From contig QPGO01000127.1 of the NCBI GenBank assembly GCA_008632985.1, forward strand, positions 124,001 to 188,000: a DNA stretch of 64,000 nt, in the 5' to 3' direction. Each line of letters opens with the position of its first letter. Position 1 is the stretch's first letter. Origin of the DNA: Psammoneis japonica. Taxonomy: Eukaryota. Positions 46,733 through 57,825 of the stretch are shown piece by piece. The translations under genes were made by a program, and so were the position numbers. The notes below the pieces were generated by a model that searched no databases, was not told the DNA's origin, and saw nothing but the letters and a program-made list of their open reading frames with translations.

Positions 46733-47821
46733 TCAATTGCTGTAGCCTTCGTTATAACGAGCAAGAACGTTGTCCCACATGGATTGAAGTTCGTAGCCCA
46801 TGGTCCTTAAATATTCATTTGAGGCACTCGAGTTGCAATGCCTTTTTTCATAAAAGAGAAAGGGTGGCAAATATGTTGCATCCTTGTGCATACTTTGCAC
46901 AATGTCGCAATCTAAACCCTCGGTGTCAATCAATACAAAGAGCGTATTTCCAGCAAGGAGCTCGTTGAAAGCTATTGTTCTCACTCTTGTCTCAACAATA
47001 TAATCCGAAAGTTGGAGATTATTCTGTCTCCAAAGGAAGCTATGCTTCATAAGCGTTTTCTTGTCAAAGGACGAAATTTGACTCGCCCAAGGAGGAAACT
47101 TGACTCGGCTCTGGGAATCGTATCCTGTATGCACATCGATTGTGTCCTTGATGGCATAGAAAATCAAATCATTGTCTCCATTCGTTTCAGGAACAATGCC
47201 GGCATGAATGGTTTTGAAGGTACACAGAGAACTGTGCTTCTTCACTTGCTCTTTAAGCTGTGCGTAATTCGTGGGCGATGCCTCAATCATTGTGTATTCG
47301 AATCGGGACCGTCTCATTTTTTCCGGCAACGATTCTAGCAGTGCTGTAATGCCCCAAGCAAATGGATCATTTACTTCCCAACCAGTGTGTGCACCAATTT
47401 GCAAAATCTTTACGGGCTCCTGCGTGTCGTACAACATATCCATTAATTTGCCCACGAAATTCCCCTTGCAAAGGCCCTCCCACAAGTCTCCATAAGATTC
47501 TTCCTTGTTGTTGCACACTGTATCATTGGCACGGATAAAGTCAGATTCATAGCGTTCCATATCGAAACGCAACGTGGCAAGAGTTCCGTTGTTGAAATCC
47601 ATCAGAGGCTTTAGGAATGTTGAAAAAGCGCAAGCGGCAAACACTAGAGTGCAAATTCTGCGGCTACTAGGTTTCGTTGCAATGTACAATAGGCCGCCAA
47701 AGATACCCCGACGTTGTCGTACTACTGATAGAGAAGCCATTGTCTTCCCGTCATTGTTCCGTCGCATAAAACAGGCTCTGTCTCTTGTGCTGCTGCTGCT
47801 GTTGCCGTTCATTATTGTCAT
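46733..47821 (-). CDS. FkbM-family methyltransferase-like membrane-anchored protein
   Basis: LQIGAHTG..NDP, MIEASP.NY..L, QISSF, LIDTEGLDCDIV, YEKRH; hydrophobic N-terminal segment. Confidence 0.8.
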   Translation of the reverse strand: MTIMNGNSSSSTRDRACFMRRNNDGKTMASLSVVRQRRGIFGGLLYIATKPSSRRICTLVFAACAFSTFLKPLMDFNNGTLATLRFDMERYESDFIRANDTVCNNKEESYGDLWEGLCKGNFVGKLMDMLYDTQEPVKILQIGAHTGWEVNDPFAWGITALLESLPEKMRRSRFEYTMIEASPTNYAQLKEQVKKHSSLCTFKTIHAGIVPETNGDNDLIFYAIKDTIDVHTGYDSQSRVKFPPWASQISSFDKKTLMKHSFLWRQNNLQLSDYIVETRVRTIAFNELLAGNTLFVLIDTEGLDCDIVQSMHKDATYLPPFLFYEKRHCNSSASNEYLRTMGYELQSMWDNVLARYNEGYSN

Positions 47822-48432
47822 CTCTTCTTTTTGTCATTGGCACGCCGTAGTGTTAGAACACCCTATCTACTGTAGCTGGCAGAACCAGTTGGCGACCTTC
47901 ACAAGCTACAGTATTTGGAGATTTTGAGCGAATGAGTTTTGGTGTTACATTGTGGATTGGGCCCTATCATACAGTACTACTGTAGTTTTTAAAAAAGTAC
48001 GGAGCGTTGAACGGATTATTTTCAACGGCTCAACGGATGGAGGGAAAAGGTGATCGAAAAGTAGTCGAATGGTTCGTTCGACAACAATTTGCAGTCCGCG
48101 CGCCCTATTTTTTATTATTGCTTTGAACACCTCATGTTCAATGTTGAATCAGAATGTTGTTGAAATGGTGGCGATGAGAGAGGCGCACGACCGCTGCCGC
48201 AGATCGCTGTCGCCTACAGTATATTATATCCCAATTATACGTAGTATTCGTAAACTTGCTCTTATCTTATCTGCTGTAAAACGAAACGATCCATCGCCAG
48301 GATTGACTTCAAGATTTTTTTTGTTCAGGAACAGTGCACGCGTGGATGTTACCATGTGCACCCACTCCTTTTTGTCAGCGGACAACGACTAGTAGAGATT
48401 CGTATTATTTCAAACTGCAATATCTGATATTC

Positions 48433-48900
48433 ATGGTGGACTTTGATCTCTGGATAAGGAAAACACGAAAAGATACTGCAGGAAACTATACGGGAAATGA
48501 AATTATGCGAAAAGCTGCCCTACAAGCAGGTGCATCTAACGATGAGATTGTTTCGATTGAATGGCGAAACAAGACAAAACTATTGTGACAGTCGTTCTTT
48601 CTGTGGATGACATTGATATCTTGGAAGGCATGAAAGACGACGAAATGGATAAAGATGAATCTGGATGTGACGGCGTGTTGACGGAGCCGCGCATGTTTGA
48701 TGCTTGCAAAGGCTTTGACGTGATTTGTGAGTATGAGGACCCCAGAAAGAAAAAGGACACGTCAATTGAAGGAAAGGTGGCGGAACGTAACGAGAATGTG
48801 ACTGCAATCAATGTCAAGGGAAGAATTTGTAGGATCAAGAACGAGCTCGTTCAACGCGTGCGACTTCCAAAAGCAAGGAAAGAAAAGGGTGTGCGTCAAC
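48433..48900 (+). pseudogene. RimP-like (ribosome maturation factor) fragment, frameshifted and apparently internally deleted
   Basis: IVSIEW|KQDKTIVTV then VLTEPRMFDACKGFDV....IEGKVAERNE..TAINVKGR...IKNELVQRVRLP resembles the RimP Sm-like C-terminal half. Confidence 0.4.
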
Positions 48901-49496
48901 AAATTCGAATTATGACATGGGCCATGCTACTACCAGAATCAATCAAGAAGGCGTATGTCGAACCAAAAAACGGCTACCTTGCTACCAATAGAAGTTGCGT
49001 AGATCGAAAAGAAGAAGAAGGGGCAGTATCCCGAGCTTATATACATGCTGGTAAGTTTTCTTTTTGTACATTTGCGAACTCTGTTTGCACCGCGTCTCTG
49101 ACGAAGAAATATTTTCCGTGTACACATCCAGTTCTGACTTGCCAGCATCCTTTGTTTGCTTGATGGTTGTTGTCAGTAGAAGTAGTTGTCAGGCAGCCGA
49201 ATCGTCGATACTATTCACGACCAAAATCGCGACCACGGCCAATCGGGAATAACAAGTTGAATCTTGGAAAGCAGGTGATTCGTGATCTGTCTGTGCGCCG
49301 CCGCTGCGCTGACTTCAGCACCAGACCCCTCTACCGGTATCGTACATGGCTACGCATTGGCCGTACTGGAAGTGCACAAGCAGTTTTGAGTTGGTCGCGG
49401 AATTTGCCGCCACCCGGGATCCGGCGCTCGACTTTGCCTACCGAAATAAGTTGCTCACAAATTCGATAAACAACAAACAACGCAAAAAGATCCAAG

Positions 49497-50702
49497 ATGA
49501 AATTCTCTGCTGCAGTCTTCCTCGTCCTTGCAAAGAACTTTGCTCATGGCGGAGCCGCTGATCCCCGTAGCCTCCGCGGCTCGAAGGATGGCGACAGCAT
49601 GGATGCTGTATTCACCCCTCCTCTCTGCGAAGAGCCGGGAAACAAGCGAGCTTCTCTCCTGGAAAAAGATATTGTAGATAAGACAATTGAGCCAGGTGTG
49701 TTTGGTGATTGGAAACCATGGCAAGTTGAGGAGAAAGGCGGATTTTATGCATGCGGCGCTCGAGTCCGATTCCAGGACTTTGGCGAGCACAAAGACGACA
49801 CTTCCGCCAATGCTCTCGAGCTTACGTTCTGTTCACTCTTGGATTGGCGCGCACAAAGTGAGAAAAAAATCAACGATGGCCTCTTTGGTGACTGGAAGAA
49901 GAAAAAGATGTGCCCTTACGGCTCATTTATCAACGGAGCTCAAGTAAGGTTCGATGACTTGGGCGGCCACGAGGACGAAACTACACTCAATGGATTGAAG
50001 ATTCATTGTAAGAATCCTATGTCAGGAGCTACACAGTGGGTAGAAGTTGAAAAGGGACTCTTTGGAGATTGGAAGAGCCCAACTATTGTTGACGATAAAT
50101 ATGTGAAGGGAGCACGAGTCAGAGTCCAAGATTTCGGCGTTCATAAAGATGATACAGCATGGAATGGCCTTCACTTTAGGTTTGACAATCTTCACTATGG
50201 TGTATCAACCAAGCCTGTTATTGGAGAGTGGAGGACCGGTGAGTCTGGGCCGCGTGTGTCGACGACAGTCACTCAGTCCATGACTACTACAAGGTCCACT
50301 TCAGTCAGCCGGGAAGAGTCGTACGGATTCTCGCAGTCCATCAGTGCCGGGTTTGAGACCAGTTTCTTTGGTTTCGGAGGAGTTGAATGGGAGATTGAGG
50401 TTGGATTTGAGCAAGCGTTTACAACGGAGAGAGCCGTCGAGAACACCCTCGAGTTAAGCGTCTCGAGGGAGGTGAGCGTGTCGTGTCCGGACAACGATTC
50501 GTCTTCTGGTAATTGGTTCCTTTGGCAGTGGGTCATGGAGCAGAGTTCTGACTACACCGGCCCCGGTTTTGAGATGACCACCAACCATGTCGTTTGCACT
50601 GCCGGCTATCAGAAGCCTCCTCGTTGCCCTTTGGGGTATTGCGCGGATGCCGAGTGCCAGACGTGCTCCTATGAGTTCTGCGCCTCGCATATTAGTAACT
50701 AG
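49497..50702 (+). CDS. Secreted protein: VMO-I beta-prism domain plus Ser/Thr-rich beta segment and Cys-rich C-terminus
   Basis: Signal peptide, RSLRG; three repeats G.FGDW....G(A)RVR.QDFG.HKDDT..NG; tail WQW...C....PPRCPLGYC....CQTC. Confidence 0.8.
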   Translation: MKFSAAVFLVLAKNFAHGGAADPRSLRGSKDGDSMDAVFTPPLCEEPGNKRASLLEKDIVDKTIEPGVFGDWKPWQVEEKGGFYACGARVRFQDFGEHKDDTSANALELTFCSLLDWRAQSEKKINDGLFGDWKKKKMCPYGSFINGAQVRFDDLGGHEDETTLNGLKIHCKNPMSGATQWVEVEKGLFGDWKSPTIVDDKYVKGARVRVQDFGVHKDDTAWNGLHFRFDNLHYGVSTKPVIGEWRTGESGPRVSTTVTQSMTTTRSTSVSREESYGFSQSISAGFETSFFGFGGVEWEIEVGFEQAFTTERAVENTLELSVSREVSVSCPDNDSSSGNWFLWQWVMEQSSDYTGPGFEMTTNHVVCTAGYQKPPRCPLGYCADAECQTCSYEFCASHISN

Positions 50703-50999
50703 CAGGAACTACCGGTGGAACAGAGTGATATTAGTTGAGAGAAATGACGAATCGAAAACAGCCACAATATAGTAGCAAGACGATTTATTGTTCAAGATGG
50801 TTCAACGTTACTTTTTCTGTGTCTGCGTAGCGCCTTTGGTAGTGAAGAATCACAACTTCCTCTCTACTTATAGTAGTTTCTCCTGCAACTACCCATCTGT
50901 TACCATATGTCATTCTCCCGCAAACTATCAGTCTCATGATCAGAAACTAGTAACTGCGAGGAAACCCTGGGCCTCGTTATCTTCTGTCTTATGAACAGT

Positions 51000-52184
51000 C
51001 TACGCGGAGAGCTCGCTCAACAGACCGACAGATGGATTGAGGTTCTTGAACTTGTGCATAATGCCAATCTCATTTTCGTTTGGCTGGTAGATAATTAAAA
51101 TTGGAATGTCGTTTACGTCCACCACACTCTGCATCGGAGAGTGATAAATGGTTCCATCTAGCGTTTGTTGAATGTTTGCCCAATTGGTCTGGTTATACCC
51201 TCGACCCAAACACGTACTCCAAAACGGAATGCTCTTGTTGGGGTCGCTGGCAATCGAGTCCACCAGCATTCGTATTTCGTTTGGATTACTGCCTCGTTTC
51301 GTGTCAAATGGAACGAGGCGTGTCACATTTCCGCCATCACGTTCCCCAGCACCAGACCATCGAGAGCGGTAGTCGACCGACTGATTGACATAGTCAAAGT
51401 CCCGAGACAAACCCTCACAAACAGCGGCAGACACAACGTCGTTAGTGCTCAAGTACGATCCAGTTCTCGCCAGTTCCTTCTTCTTGGACTTGATTTTGTT
51501 TGTGCTGAGCATGACTTTTTGCGTTTCGGGAAACCCGCAAACGGCGTACACAATCAGCATCATGATCATGGAGAACCAAAATGTGGGATTCGTGACTTGA
51601 TGCGTAAAGTCAAAGACGGTTGCTTCTTTGGATTCCCATGTAATGGGAGGAGGCATGGGTTTCTTGTTTAAAATACAATTGAGTTCCTCGACGAGCATGT
51701 AATAGACTCGGCCATCGCCAATGGCGTGCGAGACGCGTGGAGCGTAATACACGTACCCGTCCGGCAGTTGCATCACGTGAACACCAAACAGCGGTAGTTT
51801 CTCCTTGAGTTCTTCGGTACCCTTTTTCGAAGGAGGAATGAGAGGTTCAATGTTTGCTTTGACATATGCTTCCAATTCAGAGGCATTGTTGCAAATCGAT
51901 TTTGGGCTGGGAATACCAGCGGGTGTCGGTAGGACATGAACAAAGCTGTCGTACTTGCCCGTCTCTACAAATACTCCCGGACCTGTTTGTTTGTTTCCAA
52001 AGAACAAAGTACCGGAAAGGATGGGATTTCGATCCACCAATCGATGAACTGACGCTTCAAGGTCCTCAAGGTTGATGTTCTTCCCAATGTTGTGTGTAAT
52101 GACGGTTTGAGCCACACCAATCGTCATGGTGCGAAAGAAAAAGCCCGTATGGACGGTAATCACCTTGCTGGAGGAAGACGACAT
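51000..52184 (-). CDS. HXXXD-type (BAHD/condensation-like) acyltransferase
   Basis: LV.RNPILSG, PLFGV, VSHAIGDG..YY, YLSTNDVV, TNW. Confidence 0.75.
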   Translation of the reverse strand: MSSSSSKVITVHTGFFFRTMTIGVAQTVITHNIGKNINLEDLEASVHRLVDRNPILSGTLFFGNKQTGPGVFVETGKYDSFVHVLPTPAGIPSPKSICNNASELEAYVKANIEPLIPPSKKGTEELKEKLPLFGVHVMQLPDGYVYYAPRVSHAIGDGRVYYMLVEELNCILNKKPMPPPITWESKEATVFDFTHQVTNPTFWFSMIMMLIVYAVCGFPETQKVMLSTNKIKSKKKELARTGSYLSTNDVVSAAVCEGLSRDFDYVNQSVDYRSRWSGAGERDGGNVTRLVPFDTKRGSNPNEIRMLVDSIASDPNKSIPFWSTCLGRGYNQTNWANIQQTLDGTIYHSPMQSVVDVNDIPILIIYQPNENEIGIMHKFKNLNPSVGLLSELSA

Positions 52185-52552
52185 GGTAGCATATCATTCA
52201 CATCGCATACAAGAAGAGAGTGTGTTTCTCCCAACAACTAAACGGATGCATCGACAAAGGAACAACGAGGAAACAACAACAGAGAAGAATCCGATCAAAA
52301 ACGAGTTGAACTCGTTGGATGCAATTTTTGGAATTTCAATGCTATCCTCATATCTGTAGCAAACCAAATAATGACGTCACATGATCTCATTTTTTCTTCG
52401 GAAGTTTCCCTCCGACGCAAGATGCGGGACAAGATGAGAAGTACAACAGCAGGTTCAACATAGCAGCACATAACCGAGAGGCGAGATCAATGCGACAACC
52501 CAATTTCAAAAGTACATCCGATACATTTTCCCTAGCACATCCCTAGTTGAAC

Positions 52553-54172
52553 ATGTTGGTTCGCTTTGCTACATTCGCTTACAGATCTATGGCTCGTTGG
52601 TCGAGGAGGCAGTTACTAAGAACAACAACGACGACGACAACAACACGTTTAACATGCTTTTCCACAATTTCCAACAAAAATCAAGAAGATACACCTTCTG
52701 TTAATCCCATCAATGGCGATTTGGATGATTTGTGTCGCAAGCACATGGATGTGCCCGCTCAAGAGTTTGCCATGGGATGCAGTTTTCTCCACAAGGTTGC
52801 ACTGGGAATTTCGGTAGATGAATTGGAACAAATTCTAGAGGAACGACCGTCGTTGGTGAATTTTCGTGACTACGATCGAAGAACACCGCTTCATGTAGCT
52901 GCCTCCGAGGGACACGCCGACATTTGCAAGCTACTCGTCGAGCATGGGGCCTTGATTAATCGGAGTGACCGGTGGGGTGGATCGCCTTTAGATGATGCGC
53001 ATCGGCACAAGCATGCCGAGGTGTTTGAGCTGTTGCGCAAGGTCGGAGGTGCTTTTGGAAGTCCGTCTCAAGCCAATAATTTCATAACGGCGGCATCCGA
53101 AGGTGATGTCGAAGAAGTTAAGGCATTGTTGGAATTTGGAAACATTGATATAAATCAGGGAGATTATGACAAGAGGACGGCTTTGCACTTGGCGAGCTCA
53201 ACGGGTCACTTAGAGATGGTTCAATTGCTTTGTGACGCGGGAGCCGATACCAATGTGGAGGATCGATGGGGAAACCGGCCTCTGGACGATGCCCATAACG
53301 AAAACCATCAAGAGTGTGTCGAAATTTTGACAGAGTTTGGAGCCAAGTCGTCTGCGACTCCAGTTTTGGGACAAGAAGCATTGTTGGATTTGATGCATCA
53401 ATACGGCAAAATGCGAGACGGTGTGCTCTCCATGGATTGGCACGACGTGAAGGATCTCTTGGTGGGTATCGGCAAGGAACCAACCGACGAGGTTGTGCAA
53501 AAGCTCTTTCAAGTGGCAGATTCGGACCACGATGGTGTAATTCACCCACACGAATTCATTGCCAACAGCGAAACCTTTTTAGGAGGCCGGCCTGCAAGAA
53601 TTATTCTCGTTGTAGGCGGTCCCGGCAGTGGCAAGGGTGTATTATCAGAGAGACTGGTCAAGGAGTGTGGTGTCGTCCACTTGTCCTCGGGAGAGTTACT
53701 TCGAGACGAAGTGGCACAGGGCACAGAACTCGGCAAGCAAGTGGAAGAAATTATGAAGTCGGGCGGTTTGGTGAGCTCGGCCATTATGGTGACACTCATG
53801 CAAAAGCGCATGAAGGACCATCCCGGAAAACGTATATTGTTGGATGGGTTCCCAAGGTCTCAGGAAAACGCACAAGATCTCGTGACGCTATGCGGCAAAC
53901 CGGAACTAGCTTTGCATCTGACGTGTGATGATACTGTCTTGTTGGAGCGCATCATGAAGCGTGGTGAAAGTGGAGAACGAGCCGACGATAATTTCCAAAC
54001 CGCCATTCAGCGGGTACGAACCTATCACAAGTACCATCAAGTCACGTTGGATTTTCTGAGAGCCGAAAATGTTCCAGTTGTCTTTTTGGATTGTTCCGCC
54101 ACACCCGACGGTGTTTGGGAGCAGCTGCGATCCATTGGACGGCTCATGAGATCGACTGTGAAACTTGTGTAG
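52553..54172 (+). CDS. Ankyrin-repeat / EF-hand / adenylate (UMP-CMP) kinase fusion with a probable mitochondrial presequence
   Basis: DYDRRTPLHVAASEGH-type ANK pairs x2; ADSDHDGVIHPHEF EF-loop; GGPGSGKG, HLSSGELLR, LLDGFPR, RADDN. Confidence 0.9.
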   Translation: MLVRFATFAYRSMARWSRRQLLRTTTTTTTTRLTCFSTISNKNQEDTPSVNPINGDLDDLCRKHMDVPAQEFAMGCSFLHKVALGISVDELEQILEERPSLVNFRDYDRRTPLHVAASEGHADICKLLVEHGALINRSDRWGGSPLDDAHRHKHAEVFELLRKVGGAFGSPSQANNFITAASEGDVEEVKALLEFGNIDINQGDYDKRTALHLASSTGHLEMVQLLCDAGADTNVEDRWGNRPLDDAHNENHQECVEILTEFGAKSSATPVLGQEALLDLMHQYGKMRDGVLSMDWHDVKDLLVGIGKEPTDEVVQKLFQVADSDHDGVIHPHEFIANSETFLGGRPARIILVVGGPGSGKGVLSERLVKECGVVHLSSGELLRDEVAQGTELGKQVEEIMKSGGLVSSAIMVTLMQKRMKDHPGKRILLDGFPRSQENAQDLVTLCGKPELALHLTCDDTVLLERIMKRGESGERADDNFQTAIQRVRTYHKYHQVTLDFLRAENVPVVFLDCSATPDGVWEQLRSIGRLMRSTVKLV

Positions 54173-55087
54173 TCTTGATTTTTGGTATCATGCTGTTCAA
54201 TTTTGAGATACAGAAAGGTTGATAGCTTCCTTTTTTTTTAAAACTAAATGCAGGTCTGAGAAAATGACATTGCAGTCAGCGAGCGTACGAACCAATCACA
54301 AGTGCCACAATAAGTCTTTTCTATTGTTCCTATGGCGTTTGGGAGCAGCTTCTTTTCATCGAACAGCCCATGACATCGACTATGAAACTAGCTATAGCTA
54401 CTCTAGCTAGGAGTAGAGAGTAGAGTACAGTATGTATGTACCGGGTAGCGTATGTACGGTACTTGAGAGCTTTGTTAGTCCTGTGAGTCGGATTGATGAT
54501 TCGGGCATGTCTGTACTGCGTCCGAAACCCGAATGAGTTCGCGGATGATGAGCCAGAGGAGGGCAATAGAAAAAGTAGATGGCTTCCCCCCACTTAAGAG
54601 TCGCGTTTTTGGGAAGCCATAAAACTTTTTTCCAAGAAGATTGGTTAAGCCCGTTTTTAAATGTTCCATAAGCGTTAAATGTGTCGAAAATCTGTTTAAC
54701 GCTATGCGGTCATCGCTTGTCATACAAAGTGGTGTAGAAAGTTGTCTTTTTCACATGCTTCCGGAACGGATCATCGAACTATTTTTCTTCTTTCCTTTAA
54801 TAATGTAGAGCACCGGTGAATTGTGTTAAGTATCAAGTTGCCTTTTACTTATGAATTTCGGACATTCTCACACCCAACGGACTTGCCGAGCAAATTCAAC
54901 ACGCTGTCATCACGAAGAACGTTTCGTGTTTGCTCCACGAGAGACAACGGCTAATCGTGCTTTTCGAGATGGCATTGCCCCGTGCCCCGTTGATTGTTTT
55001 TTCTTCAAAGGTAAACCTGCACAGTAGATTCATTGATAGCATCAAAGAGTGCACTCCTAGTCATCACTGCAGTGTTCGCAAGACACC

Positions 55088-57606
55088 ATGTCAGCCCGTA
55101 CAGATGATGTTGCTATTGGTCATGCCGCTGATTCACGAAATGGGCCGGAAACCGATGAGAACTCGGCCTGGAACGGTATGTTTCAGCGACTTTTGAAGTA
55201 TAAGCAGAGGCATGGCCATTGCTTAGTTCCAAAGAGCTACGAGAGGGATCCAGAGTTGAGCATGTGGATTCAGAATCAGCGCACATGCTCTGTGACTCAG
55301 GAGCACGTGGAGAAGCTGGATTCAATCGGATTTGCTTGGTCTGCCCATGATCAGGACCATCATTCTTGGAAGAGAATGCTCAAAGCTCTGAAGAAGTACA
55401 AGCGTGAGAACGGTAACTGCCTTGTACCACGAAGCCATCCACAACTGGGTCCATGGGTGGCCCGCGTGCGGACTGACAAAGCCGAGAATCGTCTGGACCC
55501 TGACTGCAAGAGGATTCTTGACGACCTCGGCTTTGTCTGGAGACTTATTGACAATGATGCGACGCCTCCATCAGAGTCCTGGGACTCCATGTATGCGCGG
55601 TTACAGGAATACAAACAAGTTCATGGTAACTGTGCAGTCTCTCAGCACTACGACGACGATCCTAAGCTTGCAGACTGGTGAGTTCTTAGCTCTTTCCTCT
55701 TGCGACATTCGTGCTATTGATGATGCCGTCATCCTTCTCTACCGCGTCTCTGCGTTCATCATGAGACCGAGCATGTTGGCATCGCAGCTTTGTCATCACC
55801 AGCGTTGCAGAGAGTAGCGCAGATAGGAGAACCAGCCAGTTCAGACGTCCTGCTGCCTATACTCTAGAGAATATGTGCAGCAGCAGGCGGAGCTTCGTAC
55901 CATATTCTTGCGTTCTTGCGGATATGATGGTCTCTCTATCTGTCCTCTGGGTAGCTGATGTTGTCTGTGGCGCGTCTCTGCTCACCCCAACACATTGTTT
56001 CAACTGCGGTCATACGTGTGTCCTCAGTTTTTGTGCTCGCGTATATGGTGTTGCTTCTCGTATCGCATACATGCTCATCGCCCGCAGAGTCCGTCGCGTG
56101 ATGCTACTAAGCAGGCTTTCTTCCTTTTGGCCAAGAAAGAGAAGAAGCTTGCATCACATGACCTGCTGCCTCTGATTTGAGTCATCGGTGGGCGCATATT
56201 CGCTTGTTCGTCTTTGTTACACCTTACGATATTTCTCGGCTCAGACGGAGCACCTTCGCATTCTGACAATCACTTGAGTGGGTTATATGCGCTTTCTGAC
56301 TTTTTCCCGTATGGTTTTGTATTGTATTAGGGTTGACAAGCAGCGAAACCTGAAGAACAACGACCGCTTACGAAAAGAAAGAAAGCAAAAGCTGGACGAA
56401 ATCGGTTTCCCATGGAGCGTTACCCACGACACTTGGGATGCGATGTTTTCGCTCTTGGAAGAGTACAAGAAGAACCACGGTGATTGCCTCGTTCCCCTCA
56501 CTTTTCCTCAATACCCCAGACTTGGAAGATGGGTGAAAGAGCAACGTAAAAAGAAGGATTACATGCTGGAATCTCGCAAAGAGAGACTGGATTCTCTTGG
56601 TTTTGTGTGGTCCGTCCCAACTGCTAAATGGGAGAAGATGTTTGAAGCACTGGTAAGAGCAGCCCAAGCGTGTTCGTTTCTGAGAGAGCCTTTTTTGTTG
56701 GTATATCTCAAATATTTGTTGATATGTCTCGTTTCATCCTATTTCTTCTTCTACTAGATGGAATACAAGAGAGAAACAGGCAATTGCAATGTACCTAAAC
56801 GATATCCTCGCAATCCACCCCTTGGGCGATGGGTCCATAATCAGCGCCTTCGAAGGCACGCTACCCCTCTGGATCGCCTAAAAAGACTTGATGCTGTCGG
56901 ATTCTTTGATGCGACCTGGGCGAATAGACGGAAGAGGGCGCTGTCGGAGGCCGAAGCGTCTAATTCCTCACCACCAAACAGTAAGCAAGCTGATGCAGAC
57001 GACCACGAAGAGGACGGTATACCTCAAGAGGTGCAGGTTCCTACGCAAGTGGCTATCGGTAATAGAAGTAGAAGCGTGCCATCGCCGCGTCGTGCTCGCA
57101 CTGCCCGCCGACGAGTCCCGGATGCTGCAGTCTCGTCGTCTTGCACAGCACCGCCAAGTATATTACCGAGATTGGAGCCAAGTGACAACAATGTTACTGC
57201 AACTGATCGACAGCCACCGCGAGCGTTGCAGCCTCTTGCCCATTACCATGCTCTTGGACCGGGACCCGAGCTGATGTACCGGCGGGGGTACGCAGTTCCA
57301 CGTGAAGAATACAGCAGCCCACTATCACCGGCACGTCGTGCCACTACTGCGCTTCCACCCATTTCTTACAATGACCTGGTGCTCCCAACTGTTTCATCTT
57401 CTCTTGCTTTGAGCCAACCAAGCACCATGGTGGTGAGTCTTCCAACTGTTTCGACGCTTTCACCCACTCAGATAATGGCAATGAATGGGTATCAACGGCG
57501 TCAGATCGAAAATCTGCTCCATATGCAGAACCTGAGACGGATGCATTACAATATGGGCCCGCCCCAGCTTTTCCCTCTCCGGAACGACAATGAAAACAAC
57601 TTGTGA
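55088..57606 (+). CDS. Helicase-associated (HA) domain repeat protein, 3 exons
   Basis: Five repeats W..M...L..YK..HG.C.VP......L..WV..QR.......LD..GF.W. In-frame introns 55678-56330 and 56653-56757. Start uncertain. Confidence 0.85.
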
Positions 57607-57825
57607 GGAATGACAGGCACAATATCCCAAGAAGGAAATCCGAGCCGCATATCATGATTTTGTTACTCTATTCAGTGTATTGTTTATGATGAGTTAACCT
57701 TGTATATATACTTCATTTTTCTTACTCAAGAAACGTGGCAAGACAATGAGTTCGCCACGCCACCATATTTGGATGTGCATTCTAGATAATAACTGATGCA
57801 GGAATCATAGCTTTTGGTAGTTTTA

